Shown here one piece after another: positions 20,531 through 30,166 of a DNA stretch of 64,000 nt. Origin of the DNA: Actinomycetes bacterium (GTDB lineage Bacteria > Actinomycetota > Actinomycetes > Actinomycetales > Demequinaceae). The stretch spans positions 92,797-156,796 of the forward strand of contig JAEYOR010000010.1 of NCBI GenBank assembly GCA_023411615.1, given 5' to 3'. The position numbers were made by a program, and so were the translations under genes. Positions within the stretch are counted from its first letter, which is position 1. Each line of letters opens with the position of its first letter. Below the pieces are notes generated by a model. It searched no databases, had not been told where the DNA came from, and saw only the letters and a list, made by a program, of their open reading frames with translations.

Positions 20531-21147
20531 CAGTCCTCCCTCACGTTGGCGGCACCCGCGAGCAGCGCAGCGGCGACAGGCCGGGCCCGACGCTCTTCGT
20601 CAAGCATGGCAGAAGCAACCCTTTGGCTGACGGCTTGAGTGCTGATTCCAAGCTGAGCGGCGACATCTTTTTGCGTCGCCCCGTCGACGAGCAGATCGTT
20701 CACTTCCCATCCCGCATCGGTCCGTCGCCGGACAACCGATGCGAGAAGTTGCATGATCGCGGTTGCCTGCTCCTCCGCATCGGAATCGTCGGCACCAACC
20801 ACCATCGGCACGGGCTCCCCGCGTCCCCGGGCACGCTCAACGGCCCGGCGTGCATGGACGAACGCACGGCCCGAGCTTGCTCTCGCCGACTCTCGCAATG
20901 GCAGATCGACGGTGCCGACGCCCAGCCCCACCGACCACTCCCCTGCCCGCATGAGGCGCAGGGCGAGATCAACGGCGGCGTCAGGGCTGGAGATGACGGC
21001 CTGGACTTCGTCGCCGACGGTGCGTTCGGGTGGCAGTGCCACGTCGCCGCTCCATAACTCAGTCCACGGCTCGAGTGAAGCAAGGAGCGCGTCGACGTGG
21101 TCTCCGGCGGCGGTGGAACCGCGCTGATCAGCGGTGACAACATACAT
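20530..21147 (-). CDS. DNA-binding protein with a C-terminal HTH (SatD-like, tentative)
   Basis: 205 aa. The N-terminus MYVVTADQRGS... and the TVGDEVQ motif resemble a conserved actinobacterial family that I recall being annotated as SatD/MarR-like. The C-terminal HTH is ATQKDVAAQLGISTQAVSQRV. Confidence 0.6.
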   Translation of the reverse strand: MYVVTADQRGSTAAGDHVDALLASLEPWTELWSGDVALPPERTVGDEVQAVISSPDAAVDLALRLMRAGEWSVGLGVGTVDLPLRESARASSGRAFVHARRAVERARGRGEPVPMVVGADDSDAEEQATAIMQLLASVVRRRTDAGWEVNDLLVDGATQKDVAAQLGISTQAVSQRVASAMLDEERRARPVAAALLAGAANVRED

Positions 21148-21149
21148 AG

Positions 21150-21197
21150 ATCAAGGCTAAGGCCTTGATTTCCTTATATCAAGTCCTAGTCCTTGAT
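21150..21197 (-). promoter_or_regulatory. Candidate leaderless promoter with two ATCAAG/CTTGAT inverted repeats upstream of the HTH gene
   Basis: IR1 is ATCAAGGC-taag-GCCTTGAT (21150-21169). IR2 is ATCAAG-n8-CTTGAT (21178-21197). On the gene strand, TTGATA (21182-21177), a 17-nt spacer and TAGCCT (21159-21154) end 6 nt before the ATG at 21147. The region is conspicuously AT-rich. Confidence 0.4.
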
Positions 21198-21207
21198 GCC
21201 AGATTCT

Positions 21208-21789
21208 CTACGAGACAAGGTCGATCAACAGCGCGTGGACACGATCATCGCCTGACACCTCAGGATGAAAGCTCGTGGCTATCGCATTGCCCTGCCGCAC
21301 TGCCACCACATGACCACCTGCCGCTTCGTTGACTGCAAGGACCTCGACGGACTGGCCGTGAGACTCCACCCAGGGCGCACGAATGAACGTGGCATGCATG
21401 ACGGAGCCGTCGGGACGCCAGACGAGCTCGACCTCCGACGAGTCCACCTGCCTGCCGAAAGCGTTACGCCGCACCGTCATGTCGATGACGCCAAGGGTGC
21501 GTTGATCACTCGCACCGCCAATGATGTCGGCGGCCAGCAAAATCATTCCCGCACAGGTGCCAAGGACGGGCATCCCTTCATCAAGCCGCTCTTTGAGCGG
21601 ATCTGCCAAGTCAAAGACTCGGAGCAGCTTGTCGATGGTGGTTGATTCGCCACCAGGAAGAACGAGAGCGTCGACAGCGTCGAGTTCGCGCCGCCGACGC
21701 ACCCGGACCGTCTCAACACCCAGCCGTGCGAGCGCCGCCTCGTGCTCGCGAACGTCGCCTTGCAGTGCCAACACCCCAACGGTCGTCAT
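21208..21789 (-). CDS. pdxT: Pyridoxal 5'-phosphate synthase glutaminase subunit PdxT
   Basis: 193 aa starting [16 protein letters not shown], with [10 protein letters not shown] (catalytic Cys) and FHPE. Confidence 0.93.
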   Translation of the reverse strand: MTTVGVLALQGDVREHEAALARLGVETVRVRRRRELDAVDALVLPGGESTTIDKLLRVFDLADPLKERLDEGMPVLGTCAGMILLAADIIGGASDQRTLGVIDMTVRRNAFGRQVDSSEVELVWRPDGSVMHATFIRAPWVESHGQSVEVLAVNEAAGGHVVAVRQGNAIATSFHPEVSGDDRVHALLIDLVS

Positions 21790-22310
21790 TCACTCTCCTG
21801 GCCAAAGTCACGCGTCACGTCGTCCCATGCGAGGAACTCCTCCCAGGGTGCCAATAAGCGTGCCGGAAACACTTCACGCGTATCTGCGCGCAATTCGCCC
21901 GCAGTCAACCACGCCACCTCATCAATAGCTTCAAGCTCTCCGTGCGTCAATGCCGTTGATGACAGCGGCCGTGAATCGGCATCCGTGCGCAGCCCTACGT
22001 AGAACTCCTCGTGCTGCGTGAATGGACGTGATGCGAAATCAAACACGGCTGTGCGCCGCCACACCGGCCCGATCAGTTCGTGTGGCTCGAGTCGAAAACC
22101 CGTCTCTTCGAGAAGTTCACGAACCGCGCCTTCACGTGCCGTCTCGCCTGGCTCAAGTCCACCACCGGGCGTGAACCAAAAACTCCGGCTTGGAAGGTGC
22201 GGATCATGCCCAAGGATCATCAACAGCCGCGGCTCGGGCCCGGTGTCGTCGACAAAGAGCACTCGAGCGCCAACCCGCTCGATTCTGTTCACCGAGGCGT
22301 TCGCCCCCAC
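21786..22310 (-). CDS. NUDIX hydrolase
   Basis: Nudix box [25 protein letters not shown] set the start at the GTG at 22310, the first start codon downstream of the pdxS stop; the GTG at 22292 is also possible. The stop overlaps the pdxT start (ATGA). Confidence 0.8.
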   Translation of the reverse strand: MGANASVNRIERVGARVLFVDDTGPEPRLLMILGHDPHLPSRSFWFTPGGGLEPGETAREGAVRELLEETGFRLEPHELIGPVWRRTAVFDFASRPFTQHEEFYVGLRTDADSRPLSSTALTHGELEAIDEVAWLTAGELRADTREVFPARLLAPWEEFLAWDDVTRDFGQESE

Positions 22311-22323
22311 GCCTGACGCGTGC

Positions 22324-23229
22324 TTACCAGCCGCGCTCGGCCAAGCGGTGCGGCTCAGGGATCTCATCCACATTGATACCCACCATTGCCTCGCCAAGAC
22401 CGCGTGACACATCTGCGATCACGGCCGGGTCGTCGAAGAAGGTGGTGGCCTTCACAATGGCCTTCGCGCGCTCGGCCGGGTTGCCCGACTTGAAGATGCC
22501 CGAACCGACAAAGACGCCATCCGCACCCAGCTGCATCATCATTGCCGCATCGGCCGGGGTGGCGATGCCACCGGCGGTGAAGAGGACAACGGGAAGTTTG
22601 CCCGTCGCCGCAATCTCCTTGACGAGCGGCAGTGGGGCTTGGAGTTCCTTGGCAGCCACGTAGAGCTCATCTTCAGGAAGCGACGTCAGGCGCTGGATCT
22701 CTGCGCGAATGGTCCGCATGTGGGTCGTCGCGTTCGAGACATCGCCGGTGCCCGCCTCGCCCTTAGAGCGGATCATTGCGGCGCCCTCGGAGATGCGGCG
22801 CAGCGCCTCGCCAAGGTTGGTCGCGCCGCAGACAAAAGGCACGGTGAAGTTCCACTTGTCGATGTGGTGGGTGTAGTCGGCGGGCGTGAGCACCTCGGAC
22901 TCGTCGACGTAATCGACGCCAAGGCTTTGCAGCACCTGCGCCTCAACAAAGTGACCGATACGGGCCTTCGCCATCACGGGGATCGACACCGACTCAATGA
23001 TCTGGTCAATGAGGTCTGGGTCGGACATCCGCGCGACACCACCCTGTGCACGGATATCTGCAGGAACGCGCTCAAGCGCCATGACGGCCACAGCGCCCGC
23101 ATCTTCCGCGATCTTTGCCTGGTCAGCGGTCACCACGTCCATGATGACGCCGCCCTTGAGCATCTCGGCCATGCCGCGCTTCACCAGATCCGTGCCGACC
23201 TGTGGTGCCGTGGACGTGGACTCGCTCAT
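22324..23229 (-). CDS. pdxS: Pyridoxal 5'-phosphate synthase lyase subunit PdxS
   Basis: 301 aa with [34 protein letters not shown], a highly conserved PdxS sequence. Confidence 0.95.
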   Translation of the reverse strand: MSESTSTAPQVGTDLVKRGMAEMLKGGVIMDVVTADQAKIAEDAGAVAVMALERVPADIRAQGGVARMSDPDLIDQIIESVSIPVMAKARIGHFVEAQVLQSLGVDYVDESEVLTPADYTHHIDKWNFTVPFVCGATNLGEALRRISEGAAMIRSKGEAGTGDVSNATTHMRTIRAEIQRLTSLPEDELYVAAKELQAPLPLVKEIAATGKLPVVLFTAGGIATPADAAMMMQLGADGVFVGSGIFKSGNPAERAKAIVKATTFFDDPAVIADVSRGLGEAMVGINVDEIPEPHRLAERGW

Positions 23230-24377
23230 GCTGGGGTTTCCTTCGCTCGCTGTGGGAAAAAGCTTGCGTCAAGTCTAATGGCGTCTTGATACGTCTCTTC
23301 GATCCGGGGCGCCACCTGGTGCCAGTCGAAGGTGCCTGCGCGCTCTCGCCCCCGTGCCGCAAGTTCTGCACGGCCCACCGAGTCAGAAAGCAAGGCATTG
23401 ATCTGGCTCGCCATGGCAACCGCATGGCCTACGTGGAAGAACGCGGCACATTCTTCGCCCTCGTCGGACGTTGCTACGTCCCGGAAGGCAACAAGGTCAC
23501 TTGCCACAACCGCGGCACCCGCGGCCATCGCCTCGACAAGGACGATTCCAAAGCTCTCGCCGCCCGTGTTGGGAGCGCAATAGACATCGACCGACGCCAT
23601 GAAGCGCGCCTTCTGCGCCTCGTCCAACTCCCCCACGACTTCTGCGCCAGCACGCGCCGCCTTCGCTGCCACACGGTCCGAGAAACGCCCCGCGATAAGG
23701 AATCGAGCGCGCGGGTGCTCAGTACGCACTCGCGGAATCGCATCAAGAAACGTCTCAAGCCCCTTCCGAGGCTCATCCATCCGTCCGAGGATCCCAACGG
23801 TCGGCGCTGTTTCACTTCCGATCCACTCTTCACGCGGTTCGGCGTTGACATAGGCGCTCGTGTCGACGCCGTTGGGGATGATGTGGGTGGGGGTGACTCG
23901 CAGATGCTCAGCAATCGTGCGCGCAGCCGAGGGCGACACGGCAATGCGAGCGTCGAGTTCTTCATATCCGGGCTTGATCCACGGCTTTCCCATCCGCATC
24001 AGCGTTGAGCCCTCGGTTGAGGTGTGGAAGGTGCCAACAGTTGGTCCGAGCCGTGCCCACATCGCAATCAGACTCAACGAGGGCGTACCCGGCTCATGCA
24101 GATGAACAACGTCGAAGTCGCCGTCAGCGAGCCACCTTCGCACTCGCGCAGCCGCAATAAGACCAAAGGTGAGCCGCGCTGTCGATCCGTTGTATTGGAC
24201 GGGAATCGAGCGCCCAGCGGTGCGCACGTACCCCGGCACCTTGGTGTGCGGTGCGGCAGGCGCAAGAACAGAGACGTGGTGCCCGCGACGGATGAGCGCC
24301 TCTGCGAGGTCAATGACGTGAAGTTGCACACCGCCCGGCCTGTCGAGCGAGTATGGGCACACGATGCCGATTCTCAT
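23226..24377 (-). CDS. pimA: GT4 glycosyltransferase, phosphatidylinositol alpha-mannosyltransferase-like
   Basis: [35 protein letters not shown] plus a GT-B C-terminal E-x7-E region ([16 protein letters not shown]). It sits in the conserved pgsA1-acyltransferase-pimA block. The ATG at 24377 forms an ATGA overlap with the upstream stop. Confidence 0.85.
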   Translation of the reverse strand: MRIGIVCPYSLDRPGGVQLHVIDLAEALIRRGHHVSVLAPAAPHTKVPGYVRTAGRSIPVQYNGSTARLTFGLIAAARVRRWLADGDFDVVHLHEPGTPSLSLIAMWARLGPTVGTFHTSTEGSTLMRMGKPWIKPGYEELDARIAVSPSAARTIAEHLRVTPTHIIPNGVDTSAYVNAEPREEWIGSETAPTVGILGRMDEPRKGLETFLDAIPRVRTEHPRARFLIAGRFSDRVAAKAARAGAEVVGELDEAQKARFMASVDVYCAPNTGGESFGIVLVEAMAAGAAVVASDLVAFRDVATSDEGEECAAFFHVGHAVAMASQINALLSDSVGRAELAARGRERAGTFDWHQVAPRIEETYQDAIRLDASFFPQRAKETPA

Positions 24378-25267
24378 GGAGACATCACCCACCCGAACCG
24401 TTGCATCATGTGCCAGTCCTCAGTGTGCGTGCTGACAAAATCTGCGATCTGCGTGGCCCACGCCTGCGTCATGTCGGCAAGCTTGTTGTCGCCCGTGAAC
24501 TGCTCGGGAGGGACCACCTCGCCGAAATGCATGACGACGCCCCAGCGCGACCGGGCACGCCAGCGTCGGGCTCCTGAGAGGCGCTCGTATCGGATCATCA
24601 CGGGCAAAATCAGCGTCCGCACCGACTGTGCCAACGCCGCCGGACCAGGCGCAACCTTGACCTCATGGCCCCACATCGTGACGGCAATACCGCTTCCGGA
24701 CAAGTCCCGATCGCTCAGCAGACACACGAGGGTGCGTTCCGACTTGCCAATTCGGATCAGTTCGCGGAACGTGGCACCGCCCTCGTGACCGAGGATTCGC
24801 AAGCCCCACTTCTCGCGCAATGCGACAAACTCGTCAAAGACTTCACGGGGCTCAAGGACTTCCGCGACAGCAGTGACCGGGATGATGTGCCGGCATGCGT
24901 ACGCACCGACGAGATCCCAATTACCAAGATGGCCAAGGACGGCGACAGTGGCGCGGTCCTCGGCGAATACACCCTCGAGCGCTTCGGGATTGTCCACTCG
25001 AACCCGAGCGTCAAGTTGACTCACGGTGAGCCGCGACATCTCAAAAGTCTCGGCGTAATACCGAGCAACGGATGCAAGGCCTCGCCTGCTGAGACGCCGC
25101 AAGGCTCTGCCGCTAAGTCCCGTGACGCGGGCGTAATTCTCTTCCAAGCGTCGTGCCGGCTTCGCCCTCATCACCCACGCGTACATGACGAGCACCCAGG
25201 CAATTGCGCGCACCCATGAGCGCGGCAGCCACCTGGCAATGCGCCACGCGATCAAGAAGGGGTTCAT
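24374..25267 (-). CDS. Phosphatidylinositol mannoside acyltransferase (LpxL/HtrB-type lipid acyltransferase)
   Basis: 297 aa with the H-x4-D acyltransferase motif (GHLGNWDL). Its position between pgsA1 and pimA matches the mycobacterial PIM cluster. Confidence 0.8.
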   Translation of the reverse strand: MNPFLIAWRIARWLPRSWVRAIAWVLVMYAWVMRAKPARRLEENYARVTGLSGRALRRLSRRGLASVARYYAETFEMSRLTVSQLDARVRVDNPEALEGVFAEDRATVAVLGHLGNWDLVGAYACRHIIPVTAVAEVLEPREVFDEFVALREKWGLRILGHEGGATFRELIRIGKSERTLVCLLSDRDLSGSGIAVTMWGHEVKVAPGPAALAQSVRTLILPVMIRYERLSGARRWRARSRWGVVMHFGEVVPPEQFTGDNKLADMTQAWATQIADFVSTHTEDWHMMQRFGWVMSP

Positions 25268-25270
25268 GGA

Positions 25271-25921
25271 TCAGCGGCCCGAACCCGCCTCGGCCTCCGC
25301 TACGTCGGGAATTCGGTGGTCGACCGCGTTGGCGCGCATGACGATGAGCGTCCGTTGCAGCACCGTCACCAATCCGAGTGCTGCCAGCACAGCGAGGGTC
25401 CACGTCAGCACCCACAAGGGCAGCCCAAGCCCCACGAGGCCAGTGGCCGTCAGCCCAATGACGAGCCGGTCCGAACGCTCGGCAATGCCACCCGAGGCGG
25501 CGATGCCCAATGACTCAGCCTTCGCACGGGCGTAGGGCACAAAAGTACCGATCGTGAGGCAAGCCAGAGCGGCGAGCGAAGTCGCCGCGTCCACCTCGCG
25601 ATACGCCCACACGAGTGAACCGAAAATGGCAGCGTCGGCCACGCGGTCGAGTGTCGAGTCGAGATAAGAGCCCAGACGCGAGGCCTTGCCGGAAAGCCGC
25701 GCCATGGTGCCGTCGAGCATGTCAGTGATGACAAAGAACGTGATGACCATGACGCCCCAGAAGAGCATCGAACCGCGCTGCGGAAAGAAGTACAGCGCCC
25801 CGAAAACCACACCAACGGTACCGATGATGGTCATCGCGTTGGGGTGAACACCCGCGTTGGTCAGCGCGCGTGCAGGTGCTGTCCACAGCGCCGTCATCAC
25901 CGGGCGCAGCTTGCCAAACAT
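25271..25921 (-). CDS. pgsA1: CDP-alcohol phosphatidyltransferase (phosphatidylinositol phosphate synthase-like)
   Basis: CDP-alcohol motif DMLDGTMARLSGKASRLGSYLDSTLDRVAD, multi-TM, and conserved position. Confidence 0.85.
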   Translation of the reverse strand: MFGKLRPVMTALWTAPARALTNAGVHPNAMTIIGTVGVVFGALYFFPQRGSMLFWGVMVITFFVITDMLDGTMARLSGKASRLGSYLDSTLDRVADAAIFGSLVWAYREVDAATSLAALACLTIGTFVPYARAKAESLGIAASGGIAERSDRLVIGLTATGLVGLGLPLWVLTWTLAVLAALGLVTVLQRTLIVMRANAVDHRIPDVAEAEAGSGR

Positions 25922-25930
25922 GTCTCTCCT

Positions 25931-26488
25931 TTAGCGCGTCGCCGCAGTGGGCCACGCCTCGCTCACGCGTCGCCATGTCTCGTCGAGAAGTTCCGGCAAC
26001 GCCTTGGTCTGGCCGATGATCGGCAAGAAGTTCGAGTCTCCCACCCACCGGGGCACGATGTGCTGGTGGAGGTGCTCGTGGATTCCGGCACCTCCCGTCC
26101 GCCCCTGATTCATCCCGATGTTGAAGCCCTGGGTCCCAGTGAGACCCTGGAGGACCCGCATCCCCGTCTGGGTCAGCACACCCATTTCATCGCGCTCGGC
26201 ATCCGTGGCATCGGTGTACCAGCCGACGTGGCGGTATGGGCACACCATGAGGTGCCCGGGGTTGTATGGGTACAGATTGAGCACGACGTAGCAGTGCTCG
26301 CCACGATGCACGATCAAATGGGCGCGATCGTCATCATCGGCCGCTTTGCAGAGCGCGCACACGCGTGGGTCGTCGATGTCCGGACGGTCGGTTGCACGCC
26401 GCACGTACGCCATGCGGTGCGGTGTCCACAGGCGCTCGAAGCCATCGGGGTCTCCCCCGAGTCGCTCGGCATCCGCCCACTCCATCAC
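25931..26488 (-). CDS. HIT-family nucleotide hydrolase/phosphorylase
   Basis: Histidine triad HEHLHQHIVPRW. It lies directly downstream of thrS, as in other actinobacteria. Confidence 0.85.
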   Translation of the reverse strand: MMEWADAERLGGDPDGFERLWTPHRMAYVRRATDRPDIDDPRVCALCKAADDDDRAHLIVHRGEHCYVVLNLYPYNPGHLMVCPYRHVGWYTDATDAERDEMGVLTQTGMRVLQGLTGTQGFNIGMNQGRTGGAGIHEHLHQHIVPRWVGDSNFLPIIGQTKALPELLDETWRRVSEAWPTAATR

Positions 26489-28500
26489 TAGACCTGAACC
26501 TTGCCTTCAATCGCCGCCACGATGCGCTCGATTGCTTCATCCACTGGCACCGCATTGTCCTGGCTGCCGTCTCGGAAACGAAATGACACGGCGCCCGCCT
26601 CCGCGTCCTCACCGCCCGCGATGAGAACAAACGGGACCTTCTCCTTTGCAGCGGTGCGAATCTTCTTGGGAAAACGCTCGTCCGATGCGTCGACAACCAC
26701 TCGCACTCCACGCGCGCGCAGGCGTGCCGCTACGTCGTCGAGGTAGGCATTGAATGCCTCCGCCACGGGAATTGCCGTCACCTGAACGGGGGCCAACCAC
26801 GCAGGGAACGCTCCCGCATAGTGCTCGAGAAGCACACCAAAGAAACGCTCGATCGAACCAAAGAGCGCACGGTGGATCATGACAGGGCGCTGACGCGTCC
26901 CGTCAGGACCGGTGTACTCCAGCTCAAACAGCTCGGGCTCAAAGAAGTCGAGCTGAATCGTCGACAACTGCCACGTGCGTCCAATCGCGTCCTTCGCCTG
27001 GACCGAGATCTTGGGGCCGTAGAAAGCGGCGCCGCCGGGATCTGGCACGAGATCAAGGCCCGACTCCTCGGCCACCTGACGCAATACCTCGGTCGCCTCT
27101 TCCCACGTCTCGTCATCTCCAACGGACTTCTCGGGGTCCCTCGTCGACAGTTCCAAGTAGAAGTCGTCGAGGCCGTAGTCCTTCAAGAGGTCAAGGACAA
27201 ACGTGAGCAAAGAGGTGAGTTCATCCTTCATCTGCTCCCGGGTGCAATAGATATGCGCATCATCCTGCGTAAATCCGCGCGCACGGGTGAGGCCGTGAAC
27301 CACGCCTGACTTCTCGTAGCGGTAGACCGAACCGAACTCGAACAACCGGAGCGGCAGTTCACGATACGAGCGACCTCGTGAGTTGAAGACAAGGTTGTGC
27401 ATCGGGCAGTTCATCGGCTTCAGGTAGTAGTCCTGACCCTGCTTTGTGACGTTGCCCTTCTCGTCCCGCTCTTCGTCAAGCTGCATGGGCGGGTACATCC
27501 CCTCGCGGTACCAGTCGAGGTGACGGGATGTCTCAAACAACTGCGCCTTGGTGATGTGAGGCGTGTTGACGAACGAATAGCCCGCTTCGACATGTCGCCG
27601 ACGCGAGTACTCCTCCATCTCCATGCGAATCATCGCTCCCTTGGGGTGGAAGATGGGCAGTCCCGAGCCGACCTCCTCCGGGAACGAGAAGAGATCAAGT
27701 TCGGCACCAAGTTTGCGGTGGTCGCGGCGTTCGGCCTCGGCAAGACGGTCCTTATAGGCGACGAGTTCATCCTTGGTCGGCCAGGCAGTGCCGTAGATGC
27801 GCTGGAGTTGGGGATTCTTCTCATTGCCGAGCCAGTAGGCGGCAGCCGATCGCATGAGGCTCCAGCCATTGGCGAGCACCTTTGTCGAGGGCGCATGCGG
27901 TCCCCGGCAGAGGTCGCTCCACACCGTCTCTCCCTGGCGGTTGACGTTGTCATAGATCGTCGTCTCACCCGCGCCCACCTCAACCGAGACTCCCTCAGCG
28001 CCCTCGGAACCCGAAGCCTTGCTGAGCAGTTGACACTTGTACGGCTCATGCGCAAGTTCGGTGAGGGCGTCATCGGGGGTCACCACACGACGGCGGAACT
28101 GCTGGCCTTCCTTGACGATCCTCTGCATCGTCTTCTCAATTGCCTTGAGGTCATCGGGTGTAAAGGGCCGCGCGACGTCAAAGTCGTAGTAGAAGCCATC
28201 CGTGATGTAGGGGCCGACGCCAAGCTTGGCTTCAGGAAACATCTTCTGGACGGCTTGGGCCATCACATGCGTGGTTGAGTGGCGAAGCACATTGAGACCG
28301 TCTGGCTCGGTAACGCGAACGCCCTCAATGCGTGCGCCTGCCGGCACTTCCCGGTCAAGGTCCCACAGTTCTCCATTGACACGCATGACGATGACGTCAC
28401 TGCGCTCCGCGTAGAGTTCCGTACCCGTCGTGCCTGCAGCCAGTTCCCGGTCGACGCCGTCAACGGTTGCGGTCAAATCTGGCACGAGTGTGCTCCTCAC
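26488..28500 (-). CDS. thrS: Threonine--tRNA ligase
   Basis: 670 aa with TGS, second-additional-domain and class II core regions ([19 protein letters not shown]) and an anticodon-binding domain. Confidence 0.95.
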   Translation of the reverse strand: MRSTLVPDLTATVDGVDRELAAGTTGTELYAERSDVIVMRVNGELWDLDREVPAGARIEGVRVTEPDGLNVLRHSTTHVMAQAVQKMFPEAKLGVGPYITDGFYYDFDVARPFTPDDLKAIEKTMQRIVKEGQQFRRRVVTPDDALTELAHEPYKCQLLSKASGSEGAEGVSVEVGAGETTIYDNVNRQGETVWSDLCRGPHAPSTKVLANGWSLMRSAAAYWLGNEKNPQLQRIYGTAWPTKDELVAYKDRLAEAERRDHRKLGAELDLFSFPEEVGSGLPIFHPKGAMIRMEMEEYSRRRHVEAGYSFVNTPHITKAQLFETSRHLDWYREGMYPPMQLDEERDEKGNVTKQGQDYYLKPMNCPMHNLVFNSRGRSYRELPLRLFEFGSVYRYEKSGVVHGLTRARGFTQDDAHIYCTREQMKDELTSLLTFVLDLLKDYGLDDFYLELSTRDPEKSVGDDETWEEATEVLRQVAEESGLDLVPDPGGAAFYGPKISVQAKDAIGRTWQLSTIQLDFFEPELFELEYTGPDGTRQRPVMIHRALFGSIERFFGVLLEHYAGAFPAWLAPVQVTAIPVAEAFNAYLDDVAARLRARGVRVVVDASDERFPKKIRTAAKEKVPFVLIAGGEDAEAGAVSFRFRDGSQDNAVPVDEAIERIVAAIEGKVQV

Positions 28501-28572
28501 GTCATACGGGGGCCACGATGGCCTGCCCCCACGATGCTACCGATCTGGACGCTCTTCACCCGCATCCCTCGC

Positions 28573-30117
28573 CTACAGCCCTTGCCCACCTTCCCACAGG
28601 CGCTCGGGAGCGCCAGTGAACAGTCCCGACAGTTGCGTGGCCTGGGCGTCCGTGAGCGATGCCACGTAATCGATGATTCCGCGGCCCTTTGCCAATGTGC
28701 GCAATTCGTCACGGTTGCGAGTGGGCAGGAGCTCGACTGAGTGGGTCGCAACCCGCTCATAATCAGCAGTCGCAACGTCGACAAGGTCGAGGAGGCGTCG
28801 GGGCGCGCGCCGCACCTCATCCTCGTCGTCAAGCCATGCCGCGAACGAGTCGACAAGGCGCTCAATGACCCGCGCTTGTCCTCTCTGGTACACAGCGAGG
28901 TCGGGCCGGTGCAGCACAAAACGCTCGTGCAAGAACTTGAGAACCGCCACGTCATGCCACGCGTCGGCGGCCAAGTGCACGTGCCCCGATCGCACATGGG
29001 GCTCCGCCGTGACGATGAGCGAGCGTTGCAATCGCGCAATCCACGTCGACATGAACACCGTGAGCGCCCGGTCCGCGGCCAACGAACCGTCAAAGGGAAC
29101 TGACAAGAGGCCGTCAATCACTTCCTGGGTCACACGGTCAACCGACTCGCCGAAGGCGTCGTCCGATGCGATCCAGGCATCCTTGTCGATCAAGCGTCGG
29201 CGGAATGCTTCCAAACTGTATCCGGGTCCCCGCTGGTGCTTCGCGAGATCCTCGGCGGGCATCGCGGCGAATGCACTGCGCTTCGCGCTCCACGTCCGGA
29301 ACTCTGCTGACACGGCGGCCTGATTGAGCAGATCCGCGCGGTAGAAGTCGTCGAGATCGTGAAGCGAGTAGGCGATGTCGTCCGCGATGTCCATGACGGA
29401 GCACTCAACCGTCTGGATGAGCGGCTTGATCGCGGGGTACGCGGCGCGCGACGCCGTGAGACGCTCGGCGTCAAGAACGTATGCGGAGAACTTTCGGGCG
29501 CCTCCGGCCCCGTTCTCGGGAGCAAGACCGCGCGGAGTGTCGGGGCCTTGCTGCCACATCGCACCTTCTCCGCGCGTCCACGGGTACTTCAAGACCGCAG
29601 AGCGGACCGCCGACGTCAAGTTCAGTCCAGCCCCTGGCCTGTCGTGTTCATCGAGGCGCGTGAGAATTCGGAAAGTCTGTGCGTTTCCCTCGAAACCCTC
29701 TTCGAGACCAAAACGGTCGCGTGCGAGACGGTCGAGGGTCTGCTCCCCCAAATGCCCGAATGGGGGGTGCCCCAGGTCGTGAGCGCTCGCGGCAGCCTGC
29801 ACGACAACGGGGTCGCAGCCTCCCAGCTCTTCCACGAGCGTGGCGCGGCGTTGATCCTCATGTCGCAACGAGATTGCGATCGCACGCGCGACTGCTGTCA
29901 CCTTGACTGAGTGGCTCAGCCGGTTGTGGACCGCGAGACCCGCACCCGACTGCGAGATCACCTGAGTGACTGCCGACAACCGAGAAAAGTACGGCGAGAA
30001 TCGGATTCGCTCGAGATCAACGCGGTATTCGGGATTTCGTTCCAGTCGCTCGGACGATGCCAGCGTTTCGGGAATCTCCCGGTGCAGGCGCGGGTCCGAC
30101 GTTGGGGCATGAGTCAT
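28573..30117 (-). CDS. dgt: dGTP triphosphohydrolase-like HD-domain protein
   Basis: The internal ATG at 30117 gives MTHAPTSDPRLH...RIRFSPYFSRLSAVTQV...HNRLSHSVKV...AHDLGHPPFGH. The upstream 145 codons of the tracked ORF overlap the GH18 gene and look non-coding. Confidence 0.85.
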   Translation of the reverse strand: MTHAPTSDPRLHREIPETLASSERLERNPEYRVDLERIRFSPYFSRLSAVTQVISQSGAGLAVHNRLSHSVKVTAVARAIAISLRHEDQRRATLVEELGGCDPVVVQAAASAHDLGHPPFGHLGEQTLDRLARDRFGLEEGFEGNAQTFRILTRLDEHDRPGAGLNLTSAVRSAVLKYPWTRGEGAMWQQGPDTPRGLAPENGAGGARKFSAYVLDAERLTASRAAYPAIKPLIQTVECSVMDIADDIAYSLHDLDDFYRADLLNQAAVSAEFRTWSAKRSAFAAMPAEDLAKHQRGPGYSLEAFRRRLIDKDAWIASDDAFGESVDRVTQEVIDGLLSVPFDGSLAADRALTVFMSTWIARLQRSLIVTAEPHVRSGHVHLAADAWHDVAVLKFLHERFVLHRPDLAVYQRGQARVIERLVDSFAAWLDDEDEVRRAPRRLLDLVDVATADYERVATHSVELLPTRNRDELRTLAKGRGIIDYVASLTDAQATQLSGLFTGAPERLWEGGQGL

Positions 30118-30166
30118 GCGCCCATCCTGACAGGCCCGCGCCACACCGGCACGACGCTCGAGGCCG

